NCBI GenBank assembly: GCA_040954595.2
Contig: CM082587.2
Span: 4,110,093 to 4,174,092, forward strand
Source: Balanoglossus misakiensis
Lineage: Eukaryota; Animalia; Hemichordata
Direction: 5' to 3'
Length of the DNA stretch: 64,000 nucleotides
The notes beneath the pieces are model-generated. The model made no database searches. It saw nothing but the letters and a program-made list of their open reading frames with translations, and was not told the DNA's origin. The translations under genes and the position numbers were made by a program. Of the stretch, positions 37,297 to 50,486 are shown piece by piece; position 1 is the stretch's first letter, and the number at the start of each line of letters is the position of its first letter.

Positions 37297-40200
37297 TTAC
37301 GCATCAGCCTCATTTGTCAAGTTGACCATGAGACCTTCCTTGGGTTGTTCCATCTGGCCAACTTCCTGCATATCCTCGTACGTGTGATTGTCGTATGGCG
37401 AGGAAGGCGGTGTGTTCATGTAGCGGACAGTGTCATTGTCCGGCTGCAGGTCTACTGCGTCGGGTGGGACTACTTTCTCGGGCAGCGGTGAGGCGCCGCC
37501 ACCACCCTCCGCGAGATTCAACATTGAAGGGTCAACGGCAGAGTACAGCGGAGGAGCGCATGCGTTGTTGTCATAGTCTGGACTGGTGATCGTTGCATAC
37601 ATAGGATTGGGAATTCCCACGATACCTCCATCGGGACTCTGTTCTGGTGTAGCCAGATTTCCCACTATGTTGTGTATGTCCTGGTGCTGTCGTTCAGTGT
37701 GATGCTTCCTACGTCTGCAAGAGAGCGAGACTTTTTTTATTCAACTGCCAGTTTTTACATAAACTTAATACCACAAGCTTACATGCAGTTACTGGGCACA
37801 CGATTGTACACAAGCACATTTCAAAATGTCTTGTCAAGTGTAAACGAAAACTCTATAGTTTGTAAAATCTTACCTCCAGAGAAAGAAGAACAGTAGCACA
37901 ACGATTGCTACGAAAACAATAACAGCCAGGGCGACTGCAAGTGCCATGATGGTTGGCTTGTCTTTATTGGAAGACTTGTCTCCGTCTGTTCTTTTGCCAG
38001 GAGTGTCTGGTGTTGGCATCTTCGTGCTAGGCTCCCCTGTACAGAGAAAATAAGAAAAATCTCTACCAAACACCGAGGTTACTCTGAAGTTAGTGGGGAT
38101 GTTTGCAGGAATTCTTGGAGGCCAATTTGCATGTTATGAGCGAACTACATGCACAGCTGCGAGCTTTGGCAAGCATTTGTCTGTTACTCACTCATACAGA
38201 GTTCCCGATTGCCAGTGTCCCATTGGCCAGAAACAGAACACGTGATGGCGTCTGCTGTGATTGGCATGTAACCAGGGTCGCACATAAAACGGCATCGTTG
38301 ACCACTTCTGTTATCACACGTGTTCTCCATTCTGCCATTGGGTATTGTCAGTGGACATCTGCTAACACCTGAAAAGAAACCACATCAATAAGAATATCGG
38401 CATCACATTAAGTTTTTACATGAACCCAATTATATATCTGTTACTCACTTAATATACAGAATCCCTGACCGCCAGTTTCCCATTGGCCAGAATCAGAACA
38501 CGTGATGGCGTCTGTTGTGATTGGCATGTAACCAGCGTCGCACATTAAATGACATCGTTGGCCAATTCTGTTATCGCACGTGTCCTCCACTCTACCATGT
38601 GGTATTGTCAGTGGGCATGTGCCAGGAGGATCTGAAAAGAAACCACGTCAATAAACCAGATTCTGTGCTCACAAAGTATACCAGGGTGGTTGTGCTATAC
38701 CATGGTCGTTGGTGAGAAAAGTTGATGAGAATGATCTTGCAGGCAATGTGAGTTGCTAATTTAAAATAATGGACGGTATGGTATGGTATAATTTGCATTT
38801 ATGACTCACTTGTACAGAGTTCCTGTCCGTCATCGTCCCATTCACCAGACTCGGTGCACAAGATGGCGTCTGTCCGGACTGGCACATAACCGGCGTCACA
38901 CGTAAAATGGCATCGTTTGCCGTTCCTGTTATCGCACGTGTCCTGCATTCTACCGTGTGGTATTGTCATCGGGCATCTATAAACTACGACAGAAATCATA
39001 ACAGTGACGTCAGAGTAAGCTGGGCGTAGAGCTTGTTGTAAATATGGTGTGTTAGTCACCCTAGCGAAAACACTCAGTCAAAATCATAGCATATTAAGTA
39101 TTAGGCGTTTCAATTGCGTGGAAAGTGGAGAATTTTAGTTTATTTGTATTTACCTGTCGTACAAACACTGTGGCTTGGCCGAGAGCATAGACATTCCGCT
39201 CCGTGGTCAGTATTGATGCAAAGTTGGTCGCATCCTCCACTGTAGATATCACATGGATTAGGTTCTGGGATTGTAAAAAGAACAGGTTTTAGTTACCAGA
39301 CTGAAAAATTGGTGATACCTCAGTATTTTTGTACAGTGTACAAATTGAGAAAAAAAGTTGGCACACAGAACAAAACTACCGGAAATAAAGGCTAGTGTCC
39401 CTTTAAAGTTGACTCGCTTACCTCCAGTAACGGGTTGAAGACTTTGGTGATAAAATTTCAGCGCTGTCGGCTCCTCTGCGAGTGTTATAACCCTGGCGGA
39501 ATTTTCCTCCGGAATGCTGAAGATCTGTATTTGTTTTCCTATTCTCTCACCGACAAACAAAAAATCCTGGTGTAACAAAATTTAAAACACGCCCGTTTAT
39601 ATCGTTCATTTTTGTGAATGTTAATAAATCACCTAAGTGGAGAGGAAGAGATTTTTTTCACTTTGAACGAATATTGAAGGAATACTTCACCTGAAATATG
39701 GTTATTCCGACAAACTGCGAGTAGAGTGCATATTGAACGAAAACTTCCCTGTCGCCTCCATTAAAGTCAACAGACTCTATGGTGTGCTTGTAGTCGTCTG
39801 TCCAGTACAGCCTACATGAAAGGAAAATGAAGGGGGTTTAGAATGAGTCCCGCTCTATTTTATATGCACCCGTGAATAGTTTTTTTTTTTTTTTTTTTGG
39901 GGGGGGGGTTAATATATATTATCAAAATGGTCTGGTGGTATTTAAACATTTGATTGCACTTAGGCTGCATTCACAAACACCTCTGGAGGGGGGGGCGGGA
40001 GAATTGAGGGGGGGATTTGAAAAAATTGAGGGTATGTAAGGGGGGGGATTTGAAATAATTTAGGGACTGAAAGGGGGGGACTTGAAAACTTTAACGACTA
40101 AATATTTATTTTGAGTCCACAAAAATGCAGTTTCGCGCCCTTTATTTTACAAAATTTTCTAATGTGGGAGGGGGACACCCCCTCCCACACCCACCCCCTC

Positions 40201-43200
40201 CATTTATCAACACCTTTCAATCATTGACTGGTTTATCTAGTGTCCCAGGTCAAGGGACTTGCCCCACCCCATGATAACTTTGAGCGGCGACGGTTAAATT
40301 TGTCCTCCCCAACATACCGGTAGTTGAGTTAATTTGCTTTTGCCGGGTTCATTAAAATGCAGCTTTGAGCTCTGTATTTTAGAAAATTTTCTTACGTGGG
40401 AGGGGGACACCCCCTCCCAAACCCACCCCCTTCAATTCTCGCTTTACAATGTCTCCCAACACAGAATACAAATATATGTACTTAAAAAATAAAAACAATG
40501 TTCAGTTTTAATACCCACTGATGAGGGGAAACATCAGTTTCAATTTCTTTTCATGGTAGCACTGTTTTTCTTTTTACAAGATAGATAGGTGATGTGTTTT
40601 GCTCTGTGAAAGAAAATGGGGGGGGGGGATTTCAAAATTTTGGCAGTTCGGAAGGGGGGGATTTCAAAATATTGGCAGTTCGGAAGGGGGGCATGTGAAA
40701 ATTAGCGGTAAAAAAAATTGAATTCTCCCGCCCCCCCCTCCAGAGGTGTTTGTGAATGCAGCCTTACCTATCGGTGTTGAAATCAATGGCAAGATTGTTG
40801 GGTTTCTGAACATCGGTAGATACTATCAGTTTGCGCTGGCGTCCGTTGAGACCAGATCGCTCGATGCGCGGGAAAGAGTCATCTATGTCACTCCAAAACA
40901 GATATCTGTGGTGTGAATGAGATTGAAAGCTGGTAAGTACACGTGTGCATGTATTTGGGTAGGCAGGTAGGTTTAGTGGCTTAAAGTGTCACGGGGGTGC
41001 CCCTACAGGTAAAACTAGCGTTATAGTTGTGGTACAGACGTTGAGCATTAACGTTATCAGGAATGGTGTCCGTATTCTCGCTGCAACATTATTATGAGCC
41101 ACGAAACTCAAACAAGACAAGACAAAACAAACACTTTTACAGAAACAAATACCGAGACCTTCCGCGTCTAAGAAGCAACGTACCTCTTCACAGGATGAAC
41201 AACAATGCCATAAAGCGTGCCAGTATTTTCATATACGAGTCTTGTGACGTCAACACCGTCTAGTCTACATATCATGATACTTCCTTCCGTCTGGTCTGTC
41301 CAGTAAATATTCGACGCGATCCAGTCGACAGCAATACCTGTAGAGGATAAACCAGTTTAGTCAAATAGAGTATGACGTCATGACCAGGAAGGCGCATGAC
41401 TTGTACATGCGGTGGATCAGACCAGCTCTCCCTTTGTACAACTCTACCTTTTGCATCGGTGCCGTCCACGATATTTGTCCACCGTTGTTGGTCCAGCAGA
41501 CGAACACGCCAGATGCTGTTGATTCGGTAGGCATTTGCGTGCCCATAGATGTAGTTAGCGAAGATGTCGAAGTCAATGGCGTTCACGGTTAACTCAGTGA
41601 AGCAGCTAACGTTGAAAACTTCGGGCAGATCTTGGTGGGCGATGTTGGCGGGCATCTTGCAAAGGTGATCTCCCTTAGCTGAGAAGATCAGCTCATGTTC
41701 GTGTATTATTGATTCATCTGTAAATGAAATTAGAAGACAGATTAGCAACAAAGGACAACCAGTCAACGTACAATATCGCCATTTATCTTTTTTTTCTCGC
41801 TTCCGACTAGTTTTTACAACTATCACCCTCATCTGCGCCTCGATCAAATGCCTGTTGAATACAGGTCTACATACCTATTTCACAAGTTTTGCCATCGTCC
41901 AGTAATCTGTATCCATGGTCACACATGCATAATCCTCCGACGGGTTGACTCACGCATATTTGGCCACAGTTTTTATCATCACAGGAGTCTGCATATAAAC
42001 AAATGCAGCATATTATGACTTGGGTATCAAGAATCAACCAACCTCTATTCGTGTCATATAATATTTGCACGTCATGATAAGAAAACAGCCATACACATAA
42101 GTAATTTTAGAGTCTAATTCTTTACTATCAATCACGTGATCTGGCAATGTGTCCCATGGCGCAGTCATTTCCAGATGACGGGCAAGCAATATTTCGGCAT
42201 CCAGTAAAAGTTTTCCCGAGTATGTTTTTACTTTAGAACCGCCAAACACGCAACATGTATCGGGTATGTTGCCTCATCAGCCTCATTGCATTTCGTCTGC
42301 ACAGTCTTTGTCTGCACCACGTAAGTCCACGTTGCTGAAGTTGCCCGTCATCTGGAAATTTGAATGCGAACGCAACTGCCACCTGAGCGCGTCTGACGTC
42401 ATTTGATAGCGAAGAATTGAGCGAGTCGGTGGTATACTCACCGTCCTGGGCCGGCTGCCGACTTGCATCGTAGAAAATAACTCCATTTGGTTCGTAAAGA
42501 TGGGGTACAAAGATTGGCTCCGCGTCTGAGTCAAACGGCACGAGAAGGAGATTTTCTCCTAGGATGTCACTTACGAAGAAACCAAAAGTCTGATTGGAAG
42601 ACAAAAGCAAATCCGATTATTACATGTAGTTATTACATCACATTTAAAAGCCAGATTGTTATTGGCGCAATCAATCTCATGGGCCTCACAATGCACAGAA
42701 AACTAAAGAGCAATTATTGTCCAAACAGCGAATGCAATATGCTTGACTATATGCAAATTAACACATTGTGTGCAAGTAAAGTGACAGTTCATGGGATGCA
42801 ATGATTTCTTCCTCGTAGAGGCAAAATGTAACTTACAGGATCGACATCCAAGCTATACAATTCAAGGTTGTCTCGTACAGTGTCTTCAAAGTCGACAACA
42901 ACAACTGGCGTAGGGTTTTCGTCATTAAGACTGACTGAAAGAATCCTGTTGTTTGCATTGTCCGACCAGTAAAGCCTGTAAAGAAACGCAGAAGTCATAC
43001 TTCACGTCACATGGCAAGGTGAAAAGTACGTCGCATATGGTTAAAACATGGTTTTTTTCGCTAGTAGCTGTATTCAAAACCAGCGCGTGTCACGTGTGAG
43101 AACCCAGCAAGTTTGTTGGACCAATGATCATGATGATGTAGAAGAACAATACGGTCAGGTGATTCAGCCAAAAGCTCGACTTACATCTTGGACGCGTAGT

Positions 43201-45861
43201 CGATCGTCAGGGCAGCAGGACTGCCGATGACATCATCACCGACCACACTCCCGTTCACCAAAACTATTCTGTTACTGCCATCCAGGTTTGACCGTTCAAT
43301 CTTGTTGGTCTCGCCCCAATCGCTCCAGTATAGGTACCTGTGTGAAAAACAAAACAATGTAAAATTCGAAAGGGAAAAAAAACAAAGACGTTGTTCTAAA
43401 TTCAATGTAGGTGGCGCCCTAACTCGTATCGTATCGTATTTATTGTATTGTGTAGTGTTGTGTTCGAGTGTTGTGTTACTGTACTGTGCTGAACTGTGCT
43501 GTGTTTTACGTTTTTAGTTGGATATATGAGAACACTTGCCCATTCTCCGGGTCACAAACAATTCCAGCCGGTACATCTAACCCGGTCGTCACCAAAGTAC
43601 GATAGAATGAACCCTGGTAGTTTGCTATCTTGATCCAATTGTACGCCGCGTCCGTCCAGTAGATATTATTGGCTACCCAATCGACCGCCACACCCATGAC
43701 GTAAGTGGACGTCCCGACGAAGACCGATCTGTGAGCCCCGCTGCTCAGGTCGTACACGTCTATGGAGTGGTGGCCGGGGTCGCTCCAGAAGATCAACGAA
43801 TCGTCGTAGTCGAATGCCAGCGCCGTCTTTTCCGAGTCGCTCAGGAGGTCGCTTTTCAATTCGGTGTAATCGAACTCGCCGCCGCTTTGCAGACGATCGT
43901 ACATGTTTTGTCCGGTCCCTGGGTAGTAGACGATGCGGGATTCGATGTACTCCTCGTGGTCAACCACAAACAGAAACGGGGTGCCCGTGAAATTGCCTTC
44001 GTCCTCCTCGGCAGCGATACCTACAAGCGGACGTTAAATGTTAGAAGGCGATGCAGATTGCACAAAATGGAACCAAAGTAACCATAACCACAGACAAAGT
44101 TTTTTTCTATTTTCTCTTTTTGGCCACGATCAATATTCTTCTCATTTGTATTAAAATACTGAACTATTCTTATTCTTATTCTATATTCGCGTATATTCTT
44201 TTCCTTTTGCCTGTGTTTTGAATATCAAAGGGGTTTATGTCAAGGACACGATCCAGGAAATACCGAATGATGTCTGTTAATTATATCACTTACATTGACG
44301 CATTGAAAAAAAATACTGGTTAAATTGGTGGGTTTTTTTTTGGGGGGGGGGGGGGGGAGCTCAGCTACTTTACTACACGCGATTTATCGAATTCTCTGGC
44401 GGCCAACACGAAAGTCTGCGACATGTGAAACAACACGACGTGCAACCGTCGTGACTGGTCACAGGTGATTGCACGGGTGAACACCGGGTGCGATCGTGAC
44501 TGTCCAACCAGGAAAGCCGGATTCTTCGCGTGTCGATCGCCTAGAGTGTTGCCTTTTGTTCGGTACAAACAATGGCCGCTTAGATGCCCAGTAACTTCGA
44601 GCTAAACACCCTTATAGCTGTAGCAATATACTTATATCCAGCCTTGAGGGCTTCCGAGACAACCTGTTGCAAAAATCTACATATCAGAATTAAAACAAAT
44701 CACTTGTTTCACTATGTGGGGATATGCAAGTATATTTCTCCTATCCTGTCCCTATCAACCGGTTAATACAGATCTGAACATTGCATGAGCCATCCCGGAA
44801 TCGAAAGTGGAAAAACACTAGATATACCCTCACATCATACGTAAAGCTATGGACACAAAAGCTCCCCTTTACTGCGCGTGAGAGCTACCATATTACGCAA
44901 TACATGCTAAACCTGTATAATATACTAGTATTTACGAGCTGAACCAAAGCGCGAAAAACAAAGGCGTGGCCGGATTATGTGACTATGGGATCCCCGTTAC
45001 ATTTAAAGTGGCTCGAAAACGCTGTTTTAAGCAGAGTGACCGTGTTTTAAGCATAAAGGCCAGATTTTCGAATAATTACTATAAGTAAAGTTCTTTCATT
45101 CATAGATGTCGACACAGTCCGCAAGCCTATACTCAGTAGCTAAATTATTCATTCGCAAAAAAGGACAATATTCCGGACGACCATGGTTCTACCACCAAAA
45201 AGGACCCTGGGCATGACGGTGTCAGTGTGTGGAGCGAGGGTGTGTTGACTTTAACAACTGTTTTTTTCTCACTCAACTGACCGTGAACAATTTTTTTCCA
45301 GCAATACTAGTGCAGTCGTACACTGAAGGTCAATAATTGGGAATGGCGCGCCCTTACTCAATGTTAGCCGTGCCTGGGTCAATTCGGCCTATACCAGTCG
45401 ACACAATATCGTTAATCTACATTGTGTACTATGTGCATAACGTTTCTGAGCAATGCTATACAGATTAGTGAAAAAGACAAATCGGGGCCTGAGTTTTCAC
45501 CATGACAAATTTACCTTTTGGGGAAAAAGCCCCCCTCCCTCCATTGTAGCTTACACAATGTGGTAGCTACCTATCTTTCGTAACCCATCATGTGTATTCC
45601 CAGACAACAGGTCGTCTGAGGGTGGGGTAGGGTGGTCGGCCGCGATTTAGGGTAGTGATGACACGAGAAGAATGTAACGTAGAGAAAGGAAAAGTTTCTT
45701 GCGATTTTTTCAGCGTCTGGGCCTCAGGTATACGAGTATACATAGTTACCAGTACGCTTACACAACATATCAAACATACCTGATAGATACATGCACAAGA
45801 CTATAGGTAAAACAGACAGCCACCCGTAGAATTGCCCTCTGCTTTTTCGCTGCGCACTCAT
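37297..45861 (-). CDS. LRP-like single-pass receptor: signal peptide, 2x(YWTD beta-propeller + EGF), 3 Sushi/CCP, TM, Tyr-motif cytoplasmic tail; ~17 coding exons
   Basis: Exon 1 45861-45780 ([28 protein letters not shown]); exon 2 44020-43540 (IFWSD, IYWTD); 43337-43185 (LYWSD); 42975-42837; 42589-42442; EGF 41988-41875; second propeller 41717 to ~39421; EGF ~39274-39154; three Sushi exons ~38990-38193; TM exon ~38036-37874; last exon to TAA 37299-37297 with NPMY. Confidence 0.88.
39963..40763. mobile_element. MITE with ~43-bp TIRs and TTA target-site duplication (PIF/Harbinger, Tourist-like)
   Basis: TTA|GGCTGCATTCACAAACACCTCTGGAG(n)CGGGAGAATT ... AATTCTCCCGC(n)TCCAGAGGTGTTTGTGAATGCAGCC|TTA. 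Internal duplicated palindrome GGGAGGGGGACACCCCCTCCC at ~40166 and ~40398. Confidence 0.9.
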
Positions 45862-47071
45862 AGTGCTCTGCTTTCTCCTTCTGGCGAATCAAGTTTAAAA
45901 TGTCCAAATCTACCGTGAACGCCAGGTACGTATCCACTTTTACTTCCGCATATGACGCAGGTATTTTTTTTTACTTTTAAGTACCGACGCACTGTATACA
46001 CACACTCAAACACTGCAGGTCGGGGCTTTACTTTCACCCGCTATTGTCTGATGTACTATTGTGTACTCGTTGGTGTGTGGTACGGCCGGCATTCGTGACC
46101 CGTGACCTTGTTGGTGAAAGAGACAGACTGTAATCAATTGCGAATGCACAAATGGCAGCGCGCGCATCCGATATATATTTCAGCAACAACGCACAAATGT
46201 CGCGTCACTTGGGCTCCCAATAAAGCCCGACAAAAAAAAGCTGAACAGCGAATTATCGCAAAGTGTTTTAATACCTTTGTAGATTATAAATAGTGTTACC
46301 GCTGCGAAGTTTTTCCGCGCGTTTTTTGTTTGTTTAAAACTGATGATATATCATTTGATTAAGCGTTTCCATGGCTCCAGTCCGCTAACAAGGATAGTTG
46401 CCGACGCAAGAGACATCGGGAGTCGCGGTGAAGGAGGCTATCGCGGCCAGCCAAAGGACTTTCGTATGAACAGGGCTTTTATAAAAGACAGCCTTTTATA
46501 GAGACAGGTCCAGAGACCGTAACAAAGTGGCCACTCCAGACACGTTTCCACTATAAAAAGGTGATGACAAATCACAGACAGGTCAAACTGTGATTATTAT
46601 CCACCTCAGCAAACAAGCCCACTACGCACTACTTCACGATTTTCATTATTTGTTTCAGCCTCACTTCAAGCCCTTTGTGAAAGATAATACCTTGCATGTG
46701 ACATACTGTTTATTGTACATACATGTATTTTATACCTATGCAAATTCAGACACAGTTGCCATAGAAAGTTGAGATTTAGCCAATCACAGATTTTGGGTGG
46801 CCATGCAAAAAGTGTGCCACCAATTGATATAGACGTTGATGTGCCCCTTTAACTATATATGAGCATATGTAAATTAAGGGTGACTGTATATCTTTAAGAC
46901 CTGCACTGCTTTGCTGTGCTAAGCTAGCTGCCTTTTAATTGAGCTACATGCATTATATCCACAGTCCCAGTAAAGGTTTTTTAAACTACAAGTATTTGTT
47001 GACGATGTCAATAATGCCAAAAAGACACAGCTAGTGAGGTTTTTTATCCTATGGCATATTCATCATTGTTG

Positions 47072-50000
47072 TCAGCCATTCTTGGCTTGCTGGATCCACT
47101 CTTTGATGTGTTGTATTTCTTGTTGCCGTGCTTGGACGACCGATGGGGGATCTGCTGGATTGGATGACCTGCAGATGAACCCAAACCAAAAAATAAATAA
47201 AATAACCTCTTTATTTAGTCTTTGTTGTGTGTTGCCCACTGAAAATCTGTGATTGGCTATACATGTATTTCAATTTTCTATGGCAATTAACAGGTTAAAT
47301 TTGCATAGATGACCCTTTTGGCTGAATAAAGTTTTCTCATAATTCCACAAACGATGATCATGGACACTATTTTACCTCAGATCCAGGTGGTGGGCTCCTC
47401 CTTCTATCAAGATGGCAACGAGAGTTTCCGATACAGACTCAGTCACTCCACCTCTGCGCCATGGATCCAAACTTCCATTGGAAAACACTATGTTACTAGA
47501 GCTGCTGATATCTACAGACATTTTAGATAAAGACAAATTTGACAGTTAGGAGGTGTTCTTCGAAGGGTGTTTGGTGTTTTGAACAGAATATTGCCCACAT
47601 GGATTGGTTAGATTTTCAGTTTTCTTATCAAAGAGTTGGAAGCAATATATGAGTTTTCCTGTGGTAAATACGGAGCAGAAACTGAAGTTGAACTCCTTCA
47701 GTAAGATTTACCTCTTCCCCACAGATTGACGTTCATCCAGTTGTTCCGTGGTGTGATGTTCCACTGTTTCTGGCAGTACTCGTCTCGCATTCCCAAAGTG
47801 AACGGCAGGACCGGGAACATATCCGTCACGTTGTTGCTTCCGGCTGGCATGACTGATTCCGTACACGCCTGGCAAATGTAAAAAAAAAAAAAAAGCAGTT
47901 CAGGGGTGTACTAATTTCCACACGATGATGCAAGTCAAGCGGCCTACGAATCTTGTTTGGCCGAAGCAGTTCACGAGACTGAGAAAAGAAAATACATTAC
48001 CTGGTAGTCCCACGCGATGCCACTGTTTCCCACACCACAGCCAGTCGGGTCAGCACATTCAACGAAATCAGTCTCAATGTCAAAACATTTCAGGTGACCA
48101 CTGGTCCCGTTGTAAAACAAGCCTTCGTTGTAAAGTAACCGAGAAAGAAAGGACATACACTGTTCAGTATCTGACACACCAGTCAGAAATGAATCTGTGT
48201 GATAACGGAAGTTTTACTCCATGGCACTTTTGAGCCACAGTACTACACAAGGCAAAAAAAAACCACACCAACCTGCTGCTTTTGCCAGACCTTGTAAATA
48301 ATCAGAACTGCTCATGATGTAGCCACAAGCAACCTGTAGAAGAGATGATGTACCAAACATGGTTATTTGTAAAGTCTGGTGGTTTTAATGTCTAGTCTGA
48401 AATTTCTGGAATTTAAATATGGTACATATAGGGGATTCCCATGTGTGTTACTGCTGGTATGTACAAAACACAGGACAAAAATACAAGATCATGCATACAG
48501 CCAATGCATATAGATTACCTTAACAGGATTGGCTGGCAGATCAGCCATAAATGATGTTGGATACGGGTAATCTAACATGGCCAAAGTCGTAAATGAATTT
48601 CTAACCCATCCCATCAGATGTTGAACTCTGTCACTCTTCAAAGGATTACACAGCTTGAAGGTATCTGTTAATTCTTGCAACCCTACAGTTCAACAGAGAA
48701 TTAATATACTGCATGAGTATATATGCATACAGGCGATGCATAAAGATTACCTTAACAGGACTGGCTGGCAGATCAGCCATGGCTGATGTAGGGTAGGGAT
48801 AATCAAACATGGCCAAAGTCGTAAATGAATTTCTAACCCATCCCATCAGATGTTGAACTCTGTCACTCTTCAAGGGCTTACACAGCTTGAATGTATCTGT
48901 CAACTCCTGCAACCCTACAGTTCAACAGAGAATGTCTGCATGAGTCAGTATATATTGCTCATTTTCTTTCAAACTTTGTTATCGCGACATAAAAGGGCAG
49001 TATTTCTCATGGATATTTCAGCAGTGAAATACGAATAGCCAATCTGGTATTTTCCTGTCAGAAAATAAACTGAAGGGTACTACCATTTGTCATAGTCTTA
49101 CCTTTCTCCCCCTGTCCTGCAAGGTTTACGAGTTTGACAAAAGCACTGCGGACAGCTGTGGTGCACTTAGGACTGACTAACTCAAAATCCTAGAAAAAAA
49201 AAGCAGTGCGATCTACTTTATTCCGTTGCAATATTATTACCTGGAAGCAGATGATCATCTAATCTAAGCAAGGACAAGATATTCTTCACTCACATGGGTA
49301 ACGTCTTCAAAGAAAAAATCCCTGGAGGCTTGTCCTGAAACCAGGTATATTGGCGCACTAGCTGCGATGGCTCCGTCAACTACATTGGGATATTTAAACC
49401 TCATGTATGCACTCAGCATGCCACCATAGCTGTGGACAGAATACACGCCCTCATCATATAAGCAGCTCCATACAGAAGTTTCTTCAAATCATTATTAAGA
49501 CAGTATTAAAAAGAGATCAAATATAGCAAAATACTGATTTTCACTTCAAAAAATTCACACCAACCTTCCTCCAAAGGCAATGACTGGACAATGAGTTGCA
49601 TTGAGTGTCTCTTTGAGGTGATGTAGTAACACCGCATAGTCTGCCATAGCTTGCTCTATTGAGAGGAGACCGATATTTTCAAGGCTAAACGAAGACTCGC
49701 CAAAGGGTAGAGATGTACCGTAATATCTCTGTAAAGAAGAAAAGGAAAGTTCTCCTATTAAAATTAGAAAGGAAAGTTCTCTATGTAAGTTTAGAATATC
49801 ATACTCATGGAATTACATACAATGGAATTACTCACGTGCTCTGCAAATATAAGTAATGCACCAAATTGAGGTGCAATTTCAAACATAAAACCAGTGTTGT
49901 CGGCAAACGCTGTTATGGGACCTTCGTTGCCCGCGTAGAAAAATATCGGTCCACTCCCTGCATCCCAATGCCGACCTGGCAGGAAATAACACAAGAGTTG

Positions 50001-50456
50001 AAATCAGACTGTCCTTGAAAAAAGGTCACTCGCAGGTCAAACAAGGTACTTGTCACTAAAGGTTGCGTGGAATCGTATATTAACAGATGTGTATATAAAC
50101 ATTGCCTAAAAATGACAATATATAGGTAAATCAGGTTTTCTAGCAATATATAACTACACATTGTTTTAGCATACGGAGATTTCGTATTGGGGAGGATCAG
50201 GATGGGATTGGTACAAGTACTCAGCTGCGATCATATGACTAACTCGTGATGTACAGTGGAAAGGTGTTTTCATGCATGACTATAATGTACACTCACCGTT
50301 GTAAAGATATCGTTGTTCAAAAGTCTGATTTCCATGACTTGCCAAATTGAAATGGTCGATGTACTGGTTAAAATGTTTTTCCTCGTAGAAGGGCTTCGAA
50401 TGCGCAAAACATGCCAGTACGAGAGTAATCGCTACCTGCAGACGACGAACCGCCAT
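47072..50456 (-). CDS. DPP7: Dipeptidyl peptidase 2 (S28 family), ~11 coding exons, one duplicated
   Basis: Signal [20 protein letters not shown]; FNQYIDHFN; [11 protein letters not shown]; AEHRYYG; [17 protein letters not shown]; [10 protein letters not shown]; [17 protein letters not shown] (DPP7-type rather than PRCP); NGSLDPW; GAHHLDLR. Stop TGA 47074-47072. Confidence 0.92.
48519..48914 (-). repeat. DPP7: Tandem duplication (232-bp period) of a 164-nt DPP7 exon
   Basis: Copies 48914-48751 and 48682-48519, both with AG/GT sites and open frames, separated by 68 nt. Confidence 0.93.
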
Positions 50457-50486
50457 CTTTAACTTATATGACCTCTGACCTCAGGG

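Noticed and set aside
42283-42393. [17 protein letters not shown] string resembling endostatin GIRGADFQC
   Set aside because: Lies in the intron between propeller and EGF exons. It would need a ~48-nt intron and stops after a few codons; likely chance.
45140-45214. Alternative start [18 protein letters not shown] for the LRP-like gene
   Set aside because: Ends in TGA with no donor. Exon 45861-45780 gives a proper signal peptide and phase-1 GT donor.
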